Source: Nannocystales bacterium (lineage in GTDB: Bacteria; Myxococcota_A; Polyangia; Nannocystales; Nannocystaceae). Taken from it: 64,000 nucleotides of DNA. Location of the stretch: the NCBI GenBank assembly GCA_050633305.1, contig JBOEGF010000019.1, positions 96,001 to 160,000 on the forward strand. The letters run 5' to 3'. Positions 53,842-61,594 of the stretch are shown piece by piece (the stretch's first letter is position 1; every line of letters begins with the position of its first letter). The position numbers and the translations under genes are program-made. The notes under the pieces are model-generated. The model was not told the DNA's origin. It saw only the letters and a program-made list of their open reading frames with translations, and made no database searches.

Positions 53842-54771
53842 TCACTCCGCCAAGACGCGAGCGACGATCTGCTCGGACTCGTCCCATAGCCGCTGGGCGA
53901 GCGCCGAGTCTCGGCCGTGCGTGCTGCACTTGGCCTCGTTGCAGTCGACGAAGTAGCGGCCGCTCACAGCGGCCAACGCGGGGTTGGTTGCCACGTAGCA
54001 GGTCGTCGCCGCACCTTGAGCCACGTTCTTGCAATAGAGCAGACCCGTGACCGCGTAGACCCCGTTCGAGAACGGATCCATGTGCCGTGAAAGGTTGGTC
54101 CGGATCACGCCAGGGTGCACAGCGTTTGCGGTCTTGTCAGTGCCTTCGAACCGGCGCGCCAGCTCGACAGCGAGCAACAGGTTGGCGAGCTTGGACTGGC
54201 CGTACGAACGCCATCGGCTGTAGTTGGATTCGCCAGAGAGGTTGTCGAACTCGATGCCCGCGGCTGGTGCGAGGTTGTGTCCGTAGCTCGAGAGCATCAC
54301 CACGCGTGCTGCGTCCGAGAGGCACTCGAGCAGCCCGGTCACCAGCGTGAAATGCCCGATGTGGTTGGTGAAGAACTGAAGCTCCAGGCCATGTTTCTGC
54401 TGCAGCTTGGGCAACGCCATGATCCCCGCGTTGCAGATCAGCAGGTCCAATTCGACGCCAAGACCCCGGACCTGCTCTGCGCATCGCCGTACCGAATGCA
54501 GGTCCGAGAGCTCACAGACCACGGGCGTGGTCGCCTCGCCGATGGACTCGCAGGCCGCCCGTGCCTTGTCTTCGGTGCGCGCCGCTCCAACGATGTGACA
54601 TCCCCGCATCGCCAGCACCCGGGCGGTCTCGAGTCCCAGTCCTGAGTTCACCCCGGTGATGAGGGCTCGCTTCCCGGTCAGGTCGATCCCCTCGGTCACG
54701 TCGTGAGCAGTGGATGCGTAGCCGAATCCGCTGGCGCCGCAGGTTCCTTTGATGATGCCGAGTAGAGACAT
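53842..54771 (-). CDS. Short-chain dehydrogenase (retinol-DH/WWOX-like)
   Basis: TG.NSGLG, NAGIM, NHIGHF, YGQSK and VHPG motifs. Confidence 0.93.
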   Translation of the reverse strand: MSLLGIIKGTCGASGFGYASTAHDVTEGIDLTGKRALITGVNSGLGLETARVLAMRGCHIVGAARTEDKARAACESIGEATTPVVCELSDLHSVRRCAEQVRGLGVELDLLICNAGIMALPKLQQKHGLELQFFTNHIGHFTLVTGLLECLSDAARVVMLSSYGHNLAPAAGIEFDNLSGESNYSRWRSYGQSKLANLLLAVELARRFEGTDKTANAVHPGVIRTNLSRHMDPFSNGVYAVTGLLYCKNVAQGAATTCYVATNPALAAVSGRYFVDCNEAKCSTHGRDSALAQRLWDESEQIVARVLAE

Positions 54772-54933
54772 GAGAGCGGCTTTCGCTCGTAGGACGGTAC
54801 CTCAGGAGGCACCGGTGGTCTCGACGCTGGCGGCCGCGGCCTCGAGGACGGACTTCTCGCGAAGGCCGTCCTCCTCGGGCACCCTTTGCCTCAGGACCGA
54901 GGTCCAGGGTGGGGACCCACTCCGGAGGCCGTC

Positions 54934-55839
54934 TCAAGCCAGCTGCGCCAGCGCCAGGTGCCCGACACGACGAAGGTGGTCGGCCATGCCTTCGACGGGT
55001 CCCGCTGCCAGTTCTTCGGCCGCCCAGGCGAGGGCTTCCCATACGCAGTAGAAACGGGCCCGCGCCAGCCGTTGGGGGGCGAGTGGAGAGTCACCCAGCG
55101 CCTCTCGAACGAACTCGATACCGAAGTCGTCCATGAGCGTGCCTAAGTCGCAGGCGGGGTCGCCGACCCCGAGGTCGCCAAAGTCGATGACACCGGCCAG
55201 CCTCGCGTCGTCGGCGACGAGTACGTGATGGTCGTAGAGGTCACCGTGCACGAACACCCACGCTTCACGAGGACACGGCTCGACCTCCTGCGCCAGCCTC
55301 CGACAGGATTCGGCGGCACTGCGAGGCATTTGGCTCAACACGAGCCGCTCAATGGCCTCTACGTGGGAGTAGAGGCCATGAAACCTCGTCTCCGGTGGCC
55401 GGACGGGAGCTGTGTCGATGCCGACGGCCTGCAGCTCACGCACGAAGCGACCGATGTCGACAGCCAACGCCCGACGCTGGGTGGGAGTCAACGCATCCCA
55501 CGATTCTGCGAGCAGAGGAGACCCGAGCACGGCCTCGTGCACGAGCATGGATCGGCCGGTGGCGGGGTCGCAGCCGAGTTGGGTTGGCCGCGGAATGCGA
55601 ACCTCGATCGCCTCCGCCAGGCTCGGAAGCAACGCTGCCTCGACAGCCAGGGGGTTGCTCGCGTCGCGTTCCGAGTCGTTCGACGCGAAGCGCACGATGT
55701 GGCCGTCGCCGATCCACCAGGCCTCGTAGCACTCGCCGACCCCCGCCGGTCGCAGAGGAGCGTTGGCCAACTCCGGGACGAACGAGCGTAGCGCGGCCCG
55801 GACCCCCGACTCGGTTCGACCTGTCCGTGCCTCGACCAC
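54934..55839 (-). CDS. Aminoglycoside phosphotransferase (APH) family protein
   Basis: HGDLYDHHVL (Brenner-like), GVIDFGD, GDPACD; TACAGT 6 nt before GTG 55839. Confidence 0.85.
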   Translation of the reverse strand: MVEARTGRTESGVRAALRSFVPELANAPLRPAGVGECYEAWWIGDGHIVRFASNDSERDASNPLAVEAALLPSLAEAIEVRIPRPTQLGCDPATGRSMLVHEAVLGSPLLAESWDALTPTQRRALAVDIGRFVRELQAVGIDTAPVRPPETRFHGLYSHVEAIERLVLSQMPRSAAESCRRLAQEVEPCPREAWVFVHGDLYDHHVLVADDARLAGVIDFGDLGVGDPACDLGTLMDDFGIEFVREALGDSPLAPQRLARARFYCVWEALAWAAEELAAGPVEGMADHLRRVGHLALAQLA

Positions 55840-55840
55840 A

Positions 55841-55922
55841 TCGAAACTGTAGCGCCCACGAGGGGGAAGGTTTCGTCCTCTGCAAATTCGAAACTGTAGC
55901 GCCCACGAGGGGGAAGGTTTCG
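55841..55922. repeat. Exact 35-bp direct duplication (12-bp spacer), each copy with inverted ends
   Basis: tcgaaactgtagcgcccacgagggggaaggtttcg at 55841-55875 and 55888-55922; cgaaac...gtttcg ends. Confidence 0.95.
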
Positions 55923-55939
55923 GCGCACCGCGGGGGGTC

Positions 55940-57629
55940 TTGCGCCCGCTCGGCGTTCGGAGCTGGAGGTCCGACGCTGGAGATTTGAACCTGCGAACCG
56001 ACCACTCGGCCGGCCAGACGGAGGACTTCACCTGCGACGACGCACACCAGTTGCTGACGTGGACCTGGGGCGGCGTGACAGCGGAGGCCAGGTACGATGT
56101 ACTCGGGAACATCACCGAGAAGTCGGGACAAGGTACCTACCAATATGATCCTGCAACGGACCGGTTGAGCACGGTGGGCGCACACGCATACTGCTACGAT
56201 GACAACGGGAACGCGTTGTCCGATGGCGAGCGCACGCTGACGTGGACGGCGCAGAACATGGTCCGCTCGCTGCAGCGCGGTGGGCAGGCTTGGTCGCTGC
56301 TCTACGACGCGGATGGCACGCCAGTGGTCCGCGGAGAAGCTGCGGCCAACACTGCGACGTACTCCGTGGCCCCGACGTACGAGCTGCGGTTCGACGGCTC
56401 CGAGATGAGCGAGGCGCGGATCTCTGTGCTGGGCGGGACGGGGCGTGTGGTCCCGGAGGTGTTTGCAGAGCACACGGCGCTTGAGGAGAACGGGCTGTGG
56501 GAGCACACCAAGAAGTACGTGCATGACGACCATCTAGGGTCGGCGCACCTGGTGACGGATCGCGACGGTGCGGTGGAGTCGCGCGTGATGTTCGGGCCTT
56601 GGGGGGGAGCGCGAAACGGGAACAACTGGACCTCATCGCTGAGCGAGTCTGCGCTGGACGAGCTGCCGGTTGGGTTCACTGGGCACCAGCCGGAGCTGGA
56701 CGCGGGGATCATCAACATGCGCGGGCGGATCTACGACCCAGCGGTGGGTCGGTTCATGAGCGTGGACCCTATGATCGAGAACGCGCTCGAGGTTGGGACG
56801 TGGAATGCGTACAGCGACGTTCAGAACCGGACGCTATCGTTGGTGGACCCGACGGGGCACGGCGCCGGCTGGGATGAGGACATTGAGCGGCATGAGGCCA
56901 CGCTGACCGACAACGGATTCGTAGGTGCAGAGTACCAGAACGTTGACGCCTACCATCAGCAGAAGGGCTTCTGGACCCCGTACAAGGCGCAGACTCATCG
57001 GCCACGGGTGGAGGACGTCGAGGAGGAGGTGAAGAAAGACGGTGATGGGAAGCCGGTGGAGGCCGTCGCAGTGGAACACAAGGCCGCTGCCTGTAAGACG
57101 TCGTCGGACCCATCTTCCAAGCCGTACGAGTTGAAGAAACGTGCGAAGGCCAGCAAGGTGTTCTTGGACCCGAAGATGGCTACCCTCTCAGCTGCGAGGA
57201 TGTTCGGAGGGCTACGACCTATCGGAGTGGGGAACTTGAGTGGGGCACTCAGGTGTTCCGCGTAAACGTTCTGATTGCCACCGGGACCTCGTTCGTGAGT
57301 TTGAGCTTCTACAGCTATGAGACCCCCTATCCGGGGCAGAAACCCACTCCCGCCGAGAAGGCCATGGGCATCACCGGAGTCTGGCGTGGGAAGGAGTACA
57401 ATATGCCGGGCGGGGGAAGGAAGTCGTTGTCAACCTTCATCGTCATCCTAACAACAGCCCGCCGTCGGATGGGGCCGTTAGCGACGTTGCGAAGACTCGG
57501 GCAGATGGCGTGCCAACGATTGTGGTGGGGAAGTCTGAGAATTGTCTGGTGTTTCTCGTTCCGGGGCCAGGTGGAACAGACTACGCGGAGTACGAACGCG
57601 GACCCGTTTCTCTAGGTGGTGGAAGGTAG
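55940..57629 (+). pseudogene. 5'-truncated Rhs-core protein with frameshifted C-terminal toxin domain (JAB/DUF4329-like)
   Basis: YD repeats, DHLGS, GFTGH, R.YDP..GRFMSVDP, DPTG; toxin continues across two frame changes (~57200 and ~57415) to HRHP...S..D and TAG at 57627-57629. Confidence 0.75.
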
Positions 57630-58154
57630 ATGATGCCGATCGACATGTTCATGATATTTGTTCGGGGCGGGACGCTTTCGTTCTTCGCGACTGTCGCGAT
57701 GGCCTGCACTCCGACGGCTCCTGCGCGGGATGACGCTGCGATACTCCGCCTGCGAGATGTCATCGCCAATCCCGAAGATTATGTGGGCAGCACGATCGTG
57801 GTCGAAGGGTTCGTGCATGCCTCATGGGGCGGAGGCACTATCTTCGACTCGAGACAGGCCGAAACCGAATACCGGTCTTCCGAGGGGCTGCGGCTAGTCC
57901 CACTCCAACAGCTGCCGTCATTCACGCAGGCTGACGGGACTTTCGCGGAGATTACCGGGGTCTTTGAGACCCCCGTCCAACCTTGGGGCGACTGGCCGGG
58001 GGTGATTACGGTGCAAAAAGTACTTCCGAAGGAACGTTTTCGCCCCGCAGCAGCGTCTCCGAAGGAGGCGGCGGACATGTCGTTGGAGGAAGTTGACGAA
58101 CTCTTCCATAAGTCGGTGGAGCACGCTGAGAGGCAGATGCTAGAGTCCAACTAG
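57630..58154 (+). CDS. Putative immunity lipoprotein (OB-fold-like)
   Basis: ATG immediately follows the reconstructed toxin stop; lipobox VAMAC; ANPEDYVGSTIVVEG. Confidence 0.6.
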   Translation: MMPIDMFMIFVRGGTLSFFATVAMACTPTAPARDDAAILRLRDVIANPEDYVGSTIVVEGFVHASWGGGTIFDSRQAETEYRSSEGLRLVPLQQLPSFTQADGTFAEITGVFETPVQPWGDWPGVITVQKVLPKERFRPAAASPKEAADMSLEEVDELFHKSVEHAERQMLESN

Positions 58155-58352
58155 GGCGAGAATGTCGACCATTCCCCGCTTTTTGGGGCGGCTGGTCGCT
58201 GCGTTTTGACCGCTCAGACAGACTCCGCTGGCCCCATCTCTTCCGAACCTCGTTCACGTGCGGTGCAACTATTCCTGATTGCCGATCGCTAGCAGTCCAC
58301 CAATCGTTCCGAAGATCGAAGGTCGCCTTTCCAATCACTCTGAGGTACGTAT

Positions 58353-59004
58353 GTGAACGCAGCTGACCACATCTTCCTAGCATGCCTCCTCGTTCTCCTC
58401 ACCGCATGCAGCGACCCGGCCGCGGCCCTCCTCGAACTCCAAACCTGCGATCCGACCGAGTCCCCCACAGAACTCCTGCGCCTCGAAGGAACGCACATCG
58501 CTTCCCCCGTGGACGCCTTTGACCTCGGGGACGCCGTCTCGCTGAGCTACGCGCTCGAGCGCGACGCGGACCCGAGCACCGTGCAGGGTTCCTTTGCGGT
58601 ACAGCGTGGTCGACAACTGCGGCGGCTCGCCGGTGCATCTTCCGGAGACCTTCGGCCTGCGCTCCGGCGCAGCAAACGTGGGCGGCGAGATCGTCCTGTG
58701 CGGAAGCGGCGAGGCGTCCGAGGACAAGGGCGTTTGGGAGCTGATGGCGGACGGGAGCCGAGGGTAAGACTTGGGTCTCGGCGACCGATGCAGCATCGGG
58801 TTTCGCCCCGACAGCAACGAGGGGGACCTTTGGCTCTTCCAGCGGAGCGTCGACGGGGCGTTCGACGTGATCGCGGACGAGCTAGCCAGTGGACAGAACG
58901 CGGGTGGACTCCAGCACGCGTGGACGCCCGAGCTCGGCCGGATTCTCCATTCCGTGCGTGACGGCGATGCCGTGAGCGTTCGACAACACGTGCTCGCGCC
59001 GTAG
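58353..59004 (+). pseudogene. Disrupted lipoprotein gene
   Basis: Lipobox LTAC; protein-like reading moves frame near 58600 (YSVVDNCGG...); in-frame TAA at 58765-58767, then continues to TAG 59004. Confidence 0.6.
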
Positions 59005-59156
59005 CGGGACTACCCACCGTTCTGGGCGGCCCTCTGTCCGCGTTACTGTGACCGCTTGCGCCAATAGTCGGGCTTGCGGCTGGAGTGCTCGGCCGGCAGC
59101 ACCGTCGCATGACCATCGAGTGTTGCGATCACGAGGGCGTTGCGCCGCCCTCGCTG

Positions 59157-60167
59157 CTACCAGGGCACGCCCTGCAGCGCGACCAGGATCCCAAAGCTCG
59201 CCGCCGCCCCCACGAACGCAAACAAGGCCAGCCCGCCAATCCCAGGCCCCGACGACGCCAGCGCCGTGGGCGGCATCGTGTCCAGAGACAACCCCCCCAT
59301 GCCACCCCCGCGGTCGCCCTCCAGCGAGTAGCCACTCGCCGCCGCGTTCCCGCGGTCGCCTTCGAGGGAGTACCCACTCGCAGCCGCGCCGGGTGAGCCG
59401 CCGCCGTCGAGGGTGTAGTTGGAGGGGCTGCTGGCCCCGTCGCCTCCCATGACGAAGGAAGGGCTGCTCTTGGGTGGGGGATCGCTGGGCACGATGGGCT
59501 CGATGACGGGTGCGGGTGCGGGGGCGGGGGCGGGAGTGGGTGCCGGCGGGTTGGGTTCGTGCGCGGCGTGCATCGTGGCAGGTGCCGCGCCTGGTGGTGG
59601 TGCGGGCTGATGCTCCGCGTGAATGGTCGCGGGTGCTGGGAGCGCGGGTGCGGCGGGCTCGGGTTCAGGGACCACGGTTTCCCCGCCGCCCAATGTCTTG
59701 TTGGGGCCGGTGTCCGCCAGGGCGGGGTCGGTCTTCGATGCGCCGAGCGGCACCTCGGTGGGGAGGATGGTGTCGGCGTCGGAGAAGGGGTTGGGCGGCG
59801 CAGGGATCGCGCCTTGGGTGGCCTGGCTGGATGGCTTGACCGAGGTGGCGGGAAGCACGGTGGCTTGGCTGCCGGGGTGGGCGACAAAGCGCAGCCGCGT
59901 GCCCCCGATCACGAGCTCGTCCCCATCGACCAGCCGGTGCCGCTGCACCTTCTCGCCGCGAAGCGTCAGCCCGGCGCTACTCTCCAGGTCGACGATCTCG
60001 TAGCCGCCCTGCACCGGCTCGATGCGGGCGTGGTGCCGAGATGCGGCCTGCTCCAACAGAACGACGTCGTTGTCGTCTGCGCGCCCCAGCCCGATGGAAG
60101 CCTCGCCCAGGGGGAGAACCCGCTCCTGGGCGCCGACCTCGGTCGTCAGTATGCGCACAATGGCCAC
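59157..60167 (-). CDS. FHA domain protein with Pro-rich linker and C-terminal TM
   Basis: LGR...NDVVL....SRHHA...DLESS.G...L.DGD.L.IG; duplicated AAASGYSLEGDRG. Confidence 0.88.
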   Translation of the reverse strand: MAIVRILTTEVGAQERVLPLGEASIGLGRADDNDVVLLEQAASRHHARIEPVQGGYEIVDLESSAGLTLRGEKVQRHRLVDGDELVIGGTRLRFVAHPGSQATVLPATSVKPSSQATQGAIPAPPNPFSDADTILPTEVPLGASKTDPALADTGPNKTLGGGETVVPEPEPAAPALPAPATIHAEHQPAPPPGAAPATMHAAHEPNPPAPTPAPAPAPAPVIEPIVPSDPPPKSSPSFVMGGDGASSPSNYTLDGGGSPGAAASGYSLEGDRGNAAASGYSLEGDRGGGMGGLSLDTMPPTALASSGPGIGGLALFAFVGAAASFGILVALQGVPW

Positions 60168-60230
60168 GGGCGGAGTGTAGCAACCCACCGTGGCAGACGC
60201 AGACGCGCCCGCCTGCTAACGTCCGCGGCC

Positions 60231-61583
60231 GTGCGCGCCACCATCTTGCTGCTGGTCCTGTGCTCCAGCCTTTCACTCCCCGGATGCAAGCGCACCGTCG
60301 CGCCCGGGAACCGCCAGGACGCGGTGGCGATGGGGGACTGGTACTCGTGGCGGGACCTGACACCGCTGGTCGAGGTCGCGGAAGCCCACGCGCCGGAGCC
60401 GGCGGTGCGAGCGATGAAGGATGCGTCGAAGCTCGTCCGCGACGGCAAGGCCGCATCCGCCGACCGCCGTCTCTCGGAAGCCTCGAGCGGAGCGGGGCGG
60501 CAGTGGATCTCGGTCGCCCGTGCCGACCTCGCAGCGCTGCACTTCTCGATGTGCATCCGCGGCGTCGCCTGGCGCTTGGTCGATGGGGAGGAGCCCAGCC
60601 CGACGGAGCGCGAGATGGACTTCTCGGAGGACACGAAGGTCGAGCCCGGGGATGTTTCGGTACTCGCGTTGCTGACCAACCTCGATGAGCCGCTCGGAAG
60701 CGAAGACGAGGCGCTCTCGGTGCAGGCTCGAATCGCACGTGCTCGGGTGGCGGCATTCTCCCAGCGCTGCCCGGCCAACGATGACGTCGCCGAGATGTCC
60801 GCGGGCACGCTCGAGTCCGACCTCGCGACGCTCGCGGCCGAAGGCCACCTCACCCCCGACCTCGCGTATCTATGGGCGGGCGTTCAGATGAACCGCTTCT
60901 CGGGGACGGCGGCTCGCCCGTTCCTGCTGCAGGCGCGGGACGGCGGGTTCGACCATCCCGCAGTCACGTTCATGCTGGCGGTCATCGCCCTCGAGGAAGA
61001 GAAACTCGACGAGGCGGACACGCTCGCCACTCAAGCGATCGAGCGCTACACGACCCTCGAGGACCCACAAAACGTGGGCGAGGCTTGGTTCGTCCGCGGC
61101 GAGGTGGCTCGCGCCCGAAAGGACAACAAGGTCGCCAAGGCACACTACGCCAAGGCGCTGACGTCCAACCCTCTGCACGCGCCGTCGATCCTCGCCACCG
61201 CGACCCTCATCGCGGAGGCGTCCACACCGGACGACGCGGCCGAGTATGTCGCGAGCCGGATGGGGCCCTTCATGCTCGAAGGCCCGCTCGACGGCGAAGG
61301 TGTGCGGCAGGTCGGGATGAACCTGGAGACGATCGTGTTCATGGCGACCGAGCCCCTCGCGGCGCAGATCAGCCGAGACGCGATGCTTGCGGCGATCGAC
61401 AGTGAGCCTGACCCGATGCGTCGCGGTCTTCGGTACTTCTTTGCGGCGACCCTCGACGTGCGCTTGGGGGAGTACGAGGTCGCGCATGGCCACGGTGTCC
61501 TGGCCAAAGAAGAGTTCGCCGAGAGCGGCGCTCCACCTCCGGTCGACATCGAGCAGTTCCTGCAGCGCGTCGCGCCGCGCTGA
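60231..61583 (+). CDS. TPR-containing lipoprotein
   Basis: Lipobox LPGC; TPR helices (AWFVRGEVAR...A.AHY.KAL..NP). Confidence 0.8.
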   Translation: MRATILLLVLCSSLSLPGCKRTVAPGNRQDAVAMGDWYSWRDLTPLVEVAEAHAPEPAVRAMKDASKLVRDGKAASADRRLSEASSGAGRQWISVARADLAALHFSMCIRGVAWRLVDGEEPSPTEREMDFSEDTKVEPGDVSVLALLTNLDEPLGSEDEALSVQARIARARVAAFSQRCPANDDVAEMSAGTLESDLATLAAEGHLTPDLAYLWAGVQMNRFSGTAARPFLLQARDGGFDHPAVTFMLAVIALEEEKLDEADTLATQAIERYTTLEDPQNVGEAWFVRGEVARARKDNKVAKAHYAKALTSNPLHAPSILATATLIAEASTPDDAAEYVASRMGPFMLEGPLDGEGVRQVGMNLETIVFMATEPLAAQISRDAMLAAIDSEPDPMRRGLRYFFAATLDVRLGEYEVAHGHGVLAKEEFAESGAPPPVDIEQFLQRVAPR

Positions 61584-61594
61584 TTCGGTTGACG

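Noticed and set aside
55841..55922. CRISPR array (35-bp repeats with GAAAC/GTTTC ends)
   Set aside because: Only two copies, a 12-bp spacer and no cas genes
57253..57615. Independent 120-aa gene
   Set aside because: Better explained as the middle piece of the frameshifted Rhs toxin tip
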